Assembly (NCBI RefSeq): GCF_009914755.1
Contig: NC_060938.1
Source of the DNA: the human T2T-CHM13v2.0 reference genome, Homo sapiens
Reading direction: 5' to 3' (one strand)
DNA: 64,000 bases
Shown: one piece after another, positions 12,451 through 43,668 of the stretch
Layout of the letters: each line of letters starts with the position of its first letter
Numbering within the stretch: position 1 is the first letter of the stretch
Translations under genes and position numbers: made by a program
The notes under the pieces: generated by a model
What the model was told of the DNA's origin: nothing
Seen by the model: only the letters and a program-made list of their open reading frames with translations
Databases searched by the model: none

Positions 12451-15444
12451 TAAATAAAGAAAGAAAAAGAAAAAAAAACGTCTTCCTCAATCAAATCCGA
12501 GGTGGTTCCTTCCCCCACCAGGCTGGCTGGGTGGGGAGAGAAGGCTTGAAGCCCAGGCTCCTAGGGAGAGGCTCTGCTCCCCACCCCAGGGCTGGGCTGG
12601 GACACCGGCCCTTCCTGGCAGGGGTGTCCTACTCCACAGAGGAGCCTTGGGAGGTGGCCACCACTGGGCCACTGCCCCTCACCAGGCCCAGAGGCCCAGT
12701 TCTCAGCCTGAAAAGAAAACCTGCCCTGGGCCCCTCATGACCAGGGTGAGGCTTGTTGGGCACAGAGGGCCTGTCGGGAGCACTGGAACCCAGCGGCCTG
12801 GGAGGGGCCCAGGTCTGACGCCTCATCCTGCACCAGGCTCGCTGCAGGCCTTCAGCTCCAGAACTGTGTTCTCAAAATCCTGTTGATGCTGCCACAAGTG
12901 GGCTCTCTCCTCCCCCATTCCGGGAAGGTTCTGGGTGAGTGGCTAGCCATCCCTCCCACTGGGAGCTCCAGTATCTGAACTGCCAGCCACCTGCAGCCGC
13001 CACCTCACCCCAGGCGGTGCTGCACCCTGGGCTGGTGGGACCAGCCTGGAGGGCCCTCCTGGGGCTCTGGGGCTCATGGACAGCCTCCCACAGAGTGTCT
13101 CGGCTGGTCTCATTTCTGTCTGGGAGGGAGTTGGGTGAGCACCAGGGAGAGGCTGAGTGGATGCCCGCCCACCTGGAACAGTGCTAGGTGGGGATGGGGG
13201 GGGGGCATCACGGGGCACACACAAGCTGTCGGAAGGGCCGATGTCCACAAGGGACGAGAGTCAGGGGCGCGGCTGTGGGGGTGGAGGCGGCCTGGAAGAG
13301 CAGGCATGGCACAGCGGCCGCTGGCTCATGTGGACTGGCGAGGCACTGTCCTGCTGGGGCCGTCCCAAAGGGAAGCATGGCCCGTCACTCCCCAGGCTAA
13401 AAACCATCCACGGCTGCCCCTCCTCATGGCTGAAGTGCAGCTCCTAGGCCCTACCCCGACGCTCTCAGGTCCCCTTCTCTCCCTCACCCTGTGGAGAGCG
13501 GACCTGCCTCCTGTCCCTCGGAGGACTCTCAGGCCCCAGCCCTGCCGCAGCAGCTCGTGGTCCAGCTTGGCTGGCCCTGCCTGGCCCTCCCGGCTCCAGC
13601 AGCAGTGGTGGCTGCCAGCACTCTCACTCTGATGAAGCTCCCAGCCCGCCGACTGGAACAGTGTGTTCACCACTACGGTCTTGCCTGGGAAGAGACGAAC
13701 TCCTGCACTTCCTGTCACGTTCCACTTCTTGTCCGTGACCAGCTAACCTCCCACCTCCGCCAGGAAGCCTCCCTGGGCTTCTCAACCACCCCATCACATC
13801 CGGCCAATGCTTCTTGCGATGGATCCCTCAGAAAGCCACGTGACCTCTGCAGGGGCCCTTGCCCCAGGTCCACGCCTTTGCCCCCAGCACCTCACAGGTA
13901 CTCGGCAGATGCTAGTTAAATGGAGACTCCACCCCAAGGCTCAGCTACCCTCCCTCAGTCCTCCTCACCCCATGGGTTAGTGGGTTTCCTTCAAGTACCT
14001 CACCCAGCAGCCAGGAAGATTCCTCTTCATGTCAAATCGGTCTGAAGGGCACACTAGGCACGCGGTGGCCCTGACACTGCCCCTCCCTGGTCCTTTCCAA
14101 CAGCACCGAGGACATGGAGGTCGGCCCAGGCTCAGGAATCACAGAGCTAACTGCTCATTTCAGCATCACAAGCACGAGCAGACGAATTTCAGAGACAGAA
14201 GCCAACATCCCCACCCCTCATCTTCAGAGGCTCCAGCCTGCCTGGCCTCTGTGGCTGGGTGGCCAGCCAAGGGCTCTGGAATTGGAGAGGCCTTGCTTCT
14301 CTACAGCAGGGTGTGACCCGCTCTGGCCTGCTGGCCCTCCTGCCCCAGGGACCGAGTAGGAGGCACTTTTGATTCCACCCGGGCTCTCAGGGGGATGAGG
14401 TGGCCTCAGGTGAGAGATCCTGATTGGCCACCCCAGAGCCCCGGTGGAAGGTGCAGCAGAGAGAAGGTCCTTTGGATCCGATAAGCAGAAGGATTTTAAA
14501 CACTCTCTGAAGCTGTCTGAAGATCTGAGATTTTTCCACTCATTTATTCAGCAAGTATTCGCCGAATGCCTATTACATGCCAGGAGCTAAGGACACTATT
14601 TCCAAAGAACAGCTCATCCAAAAGGCATGTGAGTGCCCATTACTGCCAGGACCTGAGGCTGCATGGATGAAGAGACAGATCTTGCCTTGAAAGGCACTGT
14701 GGCCTGGCATGGGAGAGACAGGTGAGCCACTGTGTTAGGAGAGCTATTAATAGGGTACAGGAACAGAAGAAACGCTCCACGGCCCAAGGGATGGGCAGGG
14801 AGGGCTTCGGATGAGAGCACCAGAACCCAGGGCCATGAACAGCAAAGTCATCTGATGACCTTACTCTCCGCTCAGCACTCAGAACCACCCAGCTCCATGT
14901 CCCAACACCCACAGAGGACTGAGGTGGGGCAGACACCAGTGTGAGATGGAGACAGAAGGTGGGGAACTGGCAACATTCATCTGAAAATGCAGCCACAGGG
15001 AAACGGCTCGAGACTGAAAGGGTTCTAACACACACTGAAAACCTACCATTCGCTGTGACCGCAGCGGGGACCAGAGATGGAGAGGCAGTGTGCGGCACTG
15101 AGTCCTTACCAAATGGGGTCACAGACCCCTGGCAGCTCCGGAAAGACCAAAGAATCCGAAGCGGGGAAATAGCTTCACTTCACTTCAACCTTACTATAGA
15201 AAGATACATTTTTGCAGTTGTAATTCACAAGTGGAAGACGTACGGACAGAATAAAGCACTCGTTTAAGACAGTCTTTCCACGATGAGGGATGCCGGTTCA
15301 CTGACACAGTGACTTTGAGACATAATACTGGAGCTGAATGTTTCACATTAACCAGCTGAATCCTTTAAACCTAAGTGCTAAGTACTGCCCACCTTTCAGA
15401 AGAAACTGAAGCTCAAGGGCTCAGCTTTGAAAGTGGCACAGCTC

Positions 15445-15775
<331 letters not shown>

Positions 15776-16409
15776 TTAGCCACTTGGCCAGCATTCCCTG
15801 AGGTGGGAGCTTTCAGAAATCCTGATGTCCAGACTGTACCCTATCCCGATGAAACCAGAATCGCTGGGGTGGGCCCCAAGCACCAGCCATTTCTTCAACT
15901 CTCCAGGTAAGTCCATGACTCATGAACTGTAACCAAATTGTCCTTCCCTCCTTTGCCAAGTGACTCTGGGCAGTTCCCTGGGCAAGGGACCACCTGAATC
16001 TCAGAATCACCTATGAAACAGATAGTATGAAAAACCTGCCTCAAGGGGTGCTGAGAGCTTAAAATGTACATAGAACATTTTGCACAGATGGCTGGGCAGT
16101 GGAGATGGGGCTGCTGGGGCAGCCTGGACCACACCACTCAGGGCCTCGCAGGGACGTGGCCGGGTGAAATAGTGGAGGCCACTGAAGGTTTTCATTCAGA
16201 AAAGCCATATGAGCAGAGCCGTGCTTTTAGAAAGACCAAGAGGGCAAATAGGTGAAATAGCCTGAAATAGCCTGCTGGTGACTGGCATAAAAAAAGGGCA
16301 CAAGCTGAAGAGACCTAGAACTAGGGACACAGAGTCCTAAGGCTGCCTGGTGACCCCCACCCCCACCCCAAAATCTGTGCAATGATAACTACACAAAATG
16401 GAAAAGCAA

Positions 16410-18535
<2,126 letters not shown>

Positions 18536-18599
18536 TCAGACAGTTCATGAAGGTGATAATATATAGAGAACACACACCTCAGACTCACAGCCTTTCTCC

Positions 18600-21865
<3,266 letters not shown>

Positions 21866-23209
21866 TCAGTACTCCCATTCATCAGATTTCAGGTCGAGAT
21901 AGCTGAGAATATTCTGCGCAAGCCTCACAGCTTGTTTCCTGGCAGCCTTACACTTCTCTTCTCCCTGCGGATCAACAGCATCCAGGGCTAGCAGCTGCTT
22001 GGTGAGCAGCTCTTCCAGCCGGATGTAGTTCTTATCGGTTCGATTTCCATCAAATGAAAGAACTTCTCCCTGGATCTCAGACAAGTTTCCAAGGACGTTC
22101 CAGACGGCTTTATGGGATGGGTGCTCCTCACAAGCAAACAGCTTTCTTTTCTCAAGGGCCTCCTTCAAGTCAATATATGTGATCAGAGTTTGCACCTCGA
22201 TCACTGCTCTTCTCCTGGCTTCCCGGATGCAGGGGTTTTTTTCAAGACTTACCTCATCCAACTGTCCAATTAAACCCTGCAATTCTGTTTTGGAGCTCAG
22301 GTACAATTCAGAAGGGTTTTGTGCTTGGAGAAGTTCATTTTTTATTTCTCTCATTCTCTTGAGGACCTTTTCTATTTTTAAAATGGAATGATTCTGTCTC
22401 AGGTCAAATGCTTTAGTTGTGTCTGCTTCCTCTTCCAAATCCAGATATTTCAATAATTTGTTGATATCTTCTACTACCTCCCTCCGATAATTTCTGATTT
22501 CTGTCCGGCCGCACACATCTAGAGCATCCAGGTCAGCGATCAGCCCCGAGAGCACACAGGATAAGTGCCTGCAGGTCTCATTGTTGTTCACACCCATCAG
22601 AAGTGCAATCAGGACCCCTCGGGCCTTGTTCACCTCACACATCACGAAGTTGATTTTGGCAACGGAAGGATGTGCATCCTCGGAAAGCGGCAGGGAAGGC
22701 TGCTTTTTCATGCAGTCTTCGATTATCTCTTGCACCGCACAGATTTTGGTTAAAGTGTGATACCTTGCTTTCCGCAAGGAGATTTTTCCTCCAGTTTTAA
22801 CATGTGTCAGCCTCAGAATGATATCTTGGATGCCTTCTTCAAACTCATCAGTTACGCAGTTGCCTCCATTATAAAATGGCACAATTTTCTCTCTCACGAG
22901 GGACTGGGCTTCCTCAAAAATGTTCTGTATTTCAATCCGGTGTGGGTGGTTTGCATTCTGCTCCAACTCTTTGAGAAGACGTTCTGTCTCCTGTGCTGCC
23001 CGCTTCCTAGCTTGCTGAATATCTCCTTTTCCTTCAGTATCTACAGAGTCTATTTCAAAAAGCTGTTTTGTTAGAATCCTCTCCAGTTTCTTGTAATTCT
23101 TGTCATCTGACAGACCACTGAAGCCGATAACTTGCTGTTCTACACTTTTTACTTCCTTTTGGATTTCCTGAAGCCTACTAATAGAAGGATGTTGGTTTCC
23201 CATATCCAT
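21866..23209 (-). CDS. BAG5: BAG family molecular chaperone regulator 5 (Hsp70 nucleotide-exchange co-chaperone with five BAG repeats), 447 aa, single coding exon
   Basis: [23 protein letters not shown]...[11 protein letters not shown], 1344 nt. Internal BAG repeats are visible ([18 protein letters not shown] vs [18 protein letters not shown]). Strong Kozak AGTATGG. Splice acceptor TCTTTTAG| with the exon starting at 23237. Confidence 0.98.
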   Translation of the reverse strand: MDMGNQHPSISRLQEIQKEVKSVEQQVIGFSGLSDDKNYKKLERILTKQLFEIDSVDTEGKGDIQQARKRAAQETERLLKELEQNANHPHRIEIQNIFEEAQSLVREKIVPFYNGGNCVTDEFEEGIQDIILRLTHVKTGGKISLRKARYHTLTKICAVQEIIEDCMKKQPSLPLSEDAHPSVAKINFVMCEVNKARGVLIALLMGVNNNETCRHLSCVLSGLIADLDALDVCGRTEIRNYRREVVEDINKLLKYLDLEEEADTTKAFDLRQNHSILKIEKVLKRMREIKNELLQAQNPSELYLSSKTELQGLIGQLDEVSLEKNPCIREARRRAVIEVQTLITYIDLKEALEKRKLFACEEHPSHKAVWNVLGNLSEIQGEVLSFDGNRTDKNYIRLEELLTKQLLALDAVDPQGEEKCKAARKQAVRLAQNILSYLDLKSDEWEY

Positions 23210-23957
23210 ACTTTTGTTGTGTTCAGTTTCACAAGCACTAAAAGACGACAAGAATGATAACTTATTACAGCACAAGGCTTCTGCAGAACACTAATGGTAT
23301 ATTAAGTCATTCTAAAATTCTCATTTTAAAAAGGTATACTTCTGAGCAGTCATCCCACCTCAGCCTCCCCAGTAGCTGGGTCTACAGTCGTACACCACTA
23401 CGCCCAGCTAATGTTATTTTTAGTAGAGACAGGTCTCACTATATTGCCCAGGCTGGTCTCAGACGATCCGCCCGCCTCCGCCTCCCAAAGTGCTGGGATT
23501 AAGGTGTGAGTCACCGTACGCGACACAAACTATTTGGAACCAGCAGGGCACCTTTATGAAAGGTGAAACAGTAGCTCTTGTAACCTTCCGAACACTAACA
23601 GTACCCCGCCCCGCCACACAGCTATGCCTAGTTTCCAGAAACTCTAAGCAAAAGAAAGAACCAGAACAAAAACCAGTGGCTCTCAGACATCCCCAAGGTC
23701 CCCGCTTCTTCGTTTCTCTCCATCCCTTTGTGCACTTCCCCTCCCCACCCTTTTAGCTCCTCACACATCTTCCCTCACAGAAGTCTCCCTGAAGAGATTA
23801 AAACCCCACAGGTAAAGAAGAGCGACCGGGACAGCGCTGAAGGGCACCACCTTGGGCTTTCGAGGCCCAACACCTCCTCAGCCCCCAACATGCTCCACTC
23901 TCTCAAAAAAAAACAACCCGCGAAAACGTGGTAACTATGAATAATTCATTCACTCGC

Positions 23958-24052
23958 CTCCCACTGGGAGTCCACAATGGCCTAATGCACGTTTCAAGCT
24001 CTTGGTTTCTATCAAACGGCTCGCTCAAGGTGGGTAACCAATGGAAACGCAT
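23958..24052 (-). CDS. BAG5: BAG5 alternative first coding exon (N-terminal extension, 488-aa isoform)
   Basis: ATG at 24052 reads MRFHWLPTLSEPFDRNQELETCIRPLWTPSG+AG. Splicing at GGGAG|GCGAGT to 23237 continues [14 protein letters not shown] in frame, giving 41+447=488 aa, the length of the known long isoform. Confidence 0.82.
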
Positions 24053-24536
24053 AATCTATCCCCGGCGGATGTCCTGGAGGCCACGGAGGGAAGGCGGCCC
24101 GAGCTGCTTCCTCCCCGCCTCGCCCTTCCCTCTTGGCCCTTTACCCAAAAGAAGTCTGAATTGGATGCGGTCTTGGCGTCCCGTGGCTGAGGTGGCGAGG
24201 TGGAAGATCAGCCCTTTACGGGGTGCGGCACCGGAGCTGGGCCCCCAGCTGCATGCCTCGCACCCCTCCCGACTAGGTCTGAGCGGGGCAGCCGGTGAAG
24301 GGGCCGCTACTGGCTGCAGCAGCCGCTCCGGGCGTCTTGGCCCGGGTGCCAGGGCGCGCCTGCAGGACGTGACCTCACAATGGGCGCGCGAGGGGAGCTC
24401 GGCCCGGCCGGGGGAAGCCGGGGGAGGAGGGGAACCGAGGCCCGGCCGGAGACACCAGAGACCAGGCCCGGCCAGCCCCGGTCGCTTCCGACCCCAGGGG
24501 CGGGGACAGCGCCGAGACCGACTCTGCCCTGCCTGA

Positions 24537-25205
<669 letters not shown>

Positions 25206-25921
25206 TGACCGGAAGGGAAGACAAACCCGGGCCTCGGGGCCACTCCCTGTTCTGCACAGCCGCCTCAGGCCTTTGTCCAGGTGCTCTCGCGTCCTATCCC
25301 GAACAGTCCCGCAGCCCCGAGGCTCCCGCATCAACGCCCTCAGTCGGATGGGACTGAGGGTGCCGCCGCCACCACGCCGGGGACTGTTGACAGCCAGAAC
25401 CTTTAAGCGTAACAGAGTCACCTGGCAAGTTTGTACCTACCTTATTTGTTCCCGAGAATGATTATTTTTTATTTTTAAAGAGCTCTTGGCTTACCGTGCG
25501 TTTTTTTTCGTTGTGTGTGTGTGTGTTTTGGCTTTGTTACAATTATTAGTGCTTTTCTTCAAGCGGCGAGCACTTTATCATCGTACTTTTGTAGCACTTC
25601 ACGTTGAATAGTTGTTATTTGCAAACTATGTGTGGGTATATGCATGTTACTGGCCAAAGATCCGCAAAGAATGTCTGTAGCAAGAATGTCTGTGGCAAGC
25701 AATTTTTATAAGTGGTACTTTTGGGAGGGATGTTTTGTTTAAGGGAGGCCTAGGCCTTGATTCCGTCTGTCAGATGAAAATGTTGACTAACGGTGTGGAA
25801 TGGGCTGGAGATAAAATATTCAAGCAAAGCATGCAAATACCAAACAGGCTAATGAAGGAGGCTGGAAAACTTGGTTTAAACAATAATTAAAGAAGTATTA
25901 AAAAAGTGTTAATTAAAAATT

Positions 25922-28562
<2,641 letters not shown>

Positions 28563-28964
28563 TTAAAACACCAATGGAAACATTTGTCTCAGGGTGGTTG
28601 GCATTTCCTGCACAGGTTCTTCATGAGGTGCCAGAGATACAGAAATGAATGTGTGTGCCTCTTTTCACACATGCACAGATGGCTCTCCAGGCAGGAGCTC
28701 TGCATGCTAACACATGCCTCCCTGGTGCCTAGAGCAGTGCTTGGCCTTTGCATGGTGGTGCAGGGGCAGGCAGGTTGATGCTTATGGAGAATGGCTGAAT
28801 CCACCATGTCCATCTTTGGAATCTATCAGAAGTTTATTGTTTGCAGCTCCAGGCAGGGTCTCCTGAGGATGCAAGGGAGCACCACCCTGGGCCTGCCTGT
28901 TGGGCACCTAACTTCTGAGAGGAGGAGGGTTGGAACAAGTCCACAAATAACCATATTTTTCCCT

Positions 28965-29743
<779 letters not shown>

Positions 29744-30471
29744 TAGACAAATTGTCTAATCATCTTTAGACAATACTGAGGTGCAGGCCTTGTGTCTGTT
29801 GGTGGTGGGAAAGAGATGGTTGACTAGGGCCTTAAAGATAATAAAAATAATTAACGTATGTATACAGCAGGGGTGGCTTCCTGCTGTGGTCACTCCAGCG
29901 TTGGGTGAAAGTGTTCCAGCCTGGATAGCTCTCCCATCTCGTTGGCATTCCTGAAATTAGGAGACTGTTTTCATTGACTTTCTAGTGTTTGCCCTTCTGG
30001 TGGATTATCCTTCTTTTATATTGCTGGATCGGGTTTGCGGATTTGTCTAGCATCCATGTAGAATAGGGGGCTGGGGACCCTAACCCTCAGTAAATATGAA
30101 GTTCCTGACTCCTTCTCAGATGGGAACTCAAAGCCTTTATAGAACTGAGAGTTAGAACAGGAAGCAAGAACGCTAAGAGCTTGCTAACATTTTTCTCTTC
30201 ATTATTCCCTGGTGGTTTCCCCATGGTAGCTTTGTGTCATGTACGGGCACTTCCAGGAATAGGGTGCAGGAGAAACGTCTCAGTGTCTCCCCTTCCGAAT
30301 CTTGGCTTCTGGAGGGAGAGATGCTGGGGTGGGAGTGCTCCTTGGTGGAGTACTCAGGAGCTTAGTAAAAGCAGAGGGGGCTGGAGAGGCAGGCCTGGCC
30401 TGCAGAGCCAGCATGGAGAAGCCTGGTGTAGGGCTCTCCAGCCTGCCAATTTACAGTTAAGAAGAAAGGAG

Positions 30472-30645
30472 ATATGTATATATATATATACACACACATA
30501 CATACATACATACACACACACATATATACACACATATATATACACACATGTATACATATATATACACACACATACACATATACACACACATGTACACATA
30601 TACACACATATATACGTGTGTGTGTATATATATATATATGTATAC

Positions 30646-30682
<37 letters not shown>
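30472..30682. repeat. Compound (TA)n/(CA)n/(TG)n microsatellite at the tail of an antisense Alu (~30683-30965)
   Basis: ~210 bp of alternating purine-pyrimidine sequence directly abutting GTGACAGGGTCTCACTCTGTC. Confidence 0.95.
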
Positions 30683-31033
<351 letters not shown>

Positions 31034-31829
31034 TGACCAGTAGGAATGCACATGTGCCTCTCTGTGACAAGGGCAGAACTGAGGCTGCTTCTCAGGAGAC
31101 TGTGAGGGTCTAGCGTGCCCTCCCCGCAGACATGAGGGCCGGATGGAAGAGCCTTCTGTCCCCAGCATAGCCAATGGGACACCATGAATCATAGGCTTGT
31201 ACTGTGGAAACTAGCAATTATGGTAATTATTCGCACTACAAAGGGCTCTTCCTCTTACCAAAGGACATTTTCCTCCCCCAAGCTGCTTGTCCTCGCTTTT
31301 AAATAGTAGCTCCTCCGTGAATAAAGGCAGAAACATGTGGTTATAGGGAAGAACAAAGGAAGATAACATCTCTCACATTATAATGGCAAACAATGATTTG
31401 AAAATATCGGTACACCAGCTTTATCCGTAAAGCAGTTTATGTGAGTGATAACTGGTAGATAAATATGGAAAAGTAGCCGAACACACTTGACACCTCTCTG
31501 AGCTTGCTTTGTGATATGTGGGCAGCTAGAAAAAGCAGCTAATTATTAGGTGGCTCCTTTAACATTTCCTGATGGGGAGCCTGTGAGCAGAAAAGAGCGG
31601 GTGCAGCCCTGGACAGTGGTCATGCACGGTTAGCGCGAAACCCACTGAGCTGCAGACACCCGGGTCAGCTCGGAGGAGGGAAGGAGTCGCCGTCCTGGGC
31701 CACAGTCTAGGGGGGTGGACCGTGGTGCCGTCCCTTTGGTGGGACTCACCTTAGTTTCTACCAACAGCTAAATATCACAGATGCAAAGACTTGGGGGAGA
31801 AGCCCATGAACATTTTCTGAGTCCTTTAA

Positions 31830-32198
<369 letters not shown>

Positions 32199-32398
32199 TA
32201 GGTTTTATTTTTTTAATGGGATATTTGGTGATTGTATATAGTTTTTAGACTGATGGGTAAAATGTTGAAGGTCTGTATTGCAATCCTGCCTTTACTTTCT
32301 AAAAAGGATTCCTAAATTGATCCAGCATCAAATCAGTGTATTTTAACCCTGACGATGAGCAGTATAGTTTCAGGTCTTGAATAGCAGGGTCCCCCCAC

Positions 32399-33478
<1,080 letters not shown>

Positions 33479-33582
33479 GCCCTGTGTGGTGGCTCCTACT
33501 TGTAATCCCAGCACTTTGGCTGAGATCACGCCACTACACTCCAGTCTGGCAACAGAGCGAGACTCCGTCTCTAAGTAAATAA

Positions 33583-35885
<2,303 letters not shown>

Positions 35886-36108
35886 CCTATTCTGTGGATT
35901 TATAAACAAACAGCGTCTCCCAAAGTTTATTGAACATCTTCTCAAATCCTGTTTCAAGCACAAAACTTTTAACCACATTCAGAGGGTTTTAAACGAGCTT
36001 TGAGATGGGTCACTAGCTTCTCAGAAAATCCACATCTAAACTTCTCCAGTACACCGTGAGCTGTGCTCTAGCCAAAGAAAAATGGAAAGACAGAGAAAGG
36101 AGTTCTGA

Positions 36109-36207
<99 letters not shown>

Positions 36208-37149
36208 TAGTGTGTTTGTTTGATTGTTTTTTTTGCTTTCTTTGCGTTTGAGCTAGTCCATGAAAAGGGAAAGGAAGGGCGGTGAGAGAGGTGGGGAAGT
36301 TCAGGGCGGTCCTTGGCCTGCTTTGGGGCAGTGCTCGGCACACCCCTGTCCAAGTTCTCTTGCACACCCAGTTCCCAGGCATGGCTCTCCAATCTCAGCT
36401 CCCTCCTTTCTCTCCGGATTTTAGGTGGTTATGATGGATGACCAACCTCTGACCTTTGACTTTCGTACTGAGGTCTCAGCCTTTGCAGCTTCTCCCTCCA
36501 AAGCAGCTTTTCTTCTGATTCCTGATCTCAGTTCAGTGCTCAAAATAGCCTCTCCTTATTTTCTCCTGGTGTCAGTGTTAGGCCTGAATAACATCTCATG
36601 CTGTTCGTTAAACAGATGTCTGCTGCCAAAAAGTTGTTCTGATAGAAAATCCAAAATCATCGACCCCAAAAGCCAAGTCTGTCATTGGGCTAAAGTGCCA
36701 TTCCTACTAATCCTTTGCCTCACCTGATTCATTTGGAATAAAGGGCCAGGAGCTTGAGTCACCCCCATGCCAGGACCTCTGTTGCTATTTGCTGGCTGCT
36801 GGAGAGGTGGGGTCTTGCGGGCCCTGGAGAGGTGGGGTCTTGTGGGGCAGAGCTGGAGCAGATGCTGCATCCAGCAGTAAGCATGAGAATGAGCACTCAC
36901 AGTTTTGGGTCCTGTGCTGGACACTGTGCAAGTCCTGTGCATATATCACCTGTTGCATTTCCCACAGTGACCCAATGAAGTAGATACTGTTATCTTTACC
37001 ATTTTATAGATGAGCAACCTGAGGCTTCACCAGAATTGCACAGTGAGAATGTGGCGTGGCCTGGATTCTCACGTCGGGAGTCGGATTGCAAAGCCTTACT
37101 GGGCCTCGCCGCGCCCCATGGCTGTCAGCGCATTCCATGCTGACCTGGC

Positions 37150-37212
37150 CGTGTATGCGTGCGTGTGTACGCATGTGTGTGCGTACGTGCACGTGTGTAC
37201 ATGTGTGTGTGC
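37150..37212. repeat. Alternating purine-pyrimidine (GT/GC-rich) tract
   Basis: CGTGTATGCGTGCGTGTGTACGCATGTGTGTGCGTACGTGCACGTGTGTACATGTGTGTGTGC, 63 bp of unbroken alternation. Confidence 0.85.
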
Positions 37213-37739
37213 TTGTGTGCACACCACATGTGCCGTGTCCATAGGTCTGTCATCATATCAGGTAGGACTAGGTCGGCTCATAGCTTGGAAGGGCTTTGGA
37301 GACAGCCACTCTCCTAACAGATGGGAGAAGTTGTTTTGATTCTTACTAAGGTCCCAGAATCCTATTGATGGCTTTGCTGAGTATTGAAAGGCTGGCCTTA
37401 AATTAGGTTTGAAACTGAATTTGGTAATAGGACAGGATGTGTTAAGGAAGGGAAACATACAGGGAGCTGCCTGCTCTGGCAGCTGTTGAAAGTGAGCAGG
37501 CCACGGTGCCTGCAGTGGGAGTGGGGCAGCAGGCGTGTCACCTTGGGCCAGAGCACATGTCTTGTACACGGTTGCACCAATGCGTGAGGATGTAGGTCCC
37601 CAAGAGCCAAGAGAAGGGGAGCTTTGTTGAATACGTGATATTGGAGAAAGCTTTGGCCCAAAAGAACAAATTTAGATTCGTTCTCTCTGCAATACAAATG
37701 TATTCCAGTGGGTCAAAATGTTAATTATTATTAATTTCT

Positions 37740-40263
<2,524 letters not shown>

Positions 40264-41182
40264 TCAGCTGTGTGTTCCTTGCAGCACAATCTTTCATTGC
40301 AGAAGAATGGGAAGAATGGAAATGCCCAGTACTAGAAGAACGGATAAGGCTGTGGTGGCCTACGCACTTACTGGCCTTCACCGGAATATTCTGCAGCAGT
40401 GCAGAAAAATGAGTGATTGAATTTGAAGTGCAAGCAGCAGAATACTGTGATTTCAGTTCTGCCAGTCTCAAAATTAAATCTCATTTGTAAGGCAGGCAGT
40501 ATTGTGGGAGAATTCCTCTAATGTATTTCATTCCCAGAGTGTTTATGCAGTGGCAGGAAGAGTACCATCAAGATGGGTTTAGTTTAAGTCAGTCTCCTAA
40601 GTATTTATGAAACACCCACTCGGTTTTCAGTAAGTGTGGTGAACTCGGTGTTTTGCCTCTTTCCCTGAACTTAGCGGTAGGTTCGGTATTAAGCTGCAGT
40701 GCTGCAGTGTGGATGGTGCCCTGCTTAGCAGATATTACAGTGCTTCTGCTGCTTGTTGAGCCTTGGCCTGGGGGTGTTTGAGCCAAATGCAAGGAGACCT
40801 GTCCTGAGGGACGCCCATGTCAATGGAGTCAGGTGGCAGCAGCTGGTACCCCTGCCTTTGGGATACTCCCGTGGTCACCCTAACAGCAGTGACCACAAGC
40901 AAGCACTTCTGTGCCAGCCGCGCCCCTCCTGCCACACTGACGGAGTGTAGCTTCATGAGGTGCGCGGTTGCTGTCACACACTAGAGAGGAAGAAACTGAG
41001 ATGGAGGTAAGTCACAGCTCTGGGGCCACACAGCCAGGTGGGGACAGTCTTGGCCTCTGTCCATCCCAGATGAGGTCTCGCTATGTTGACCAGGCTGGCC
41101 TCAAGCAGTCTTCCTGCCTCAACCTCTGAGTACGGACACAGTTTTGAGCGCCCTATATGTGTATTAACAGTAACACATGAGA

Positions 41183-43668
<2,486 letters not shown>

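Noticed and set aside
23210-23275. 469-aa version of BAG5 in the ORF track (MCCNKLSF... N-terminus)
   Set aside because: It starts at a non-ATG codon upstream of the splice acceptor at 23237/23238, so the first 13 codons are essentially intronic.
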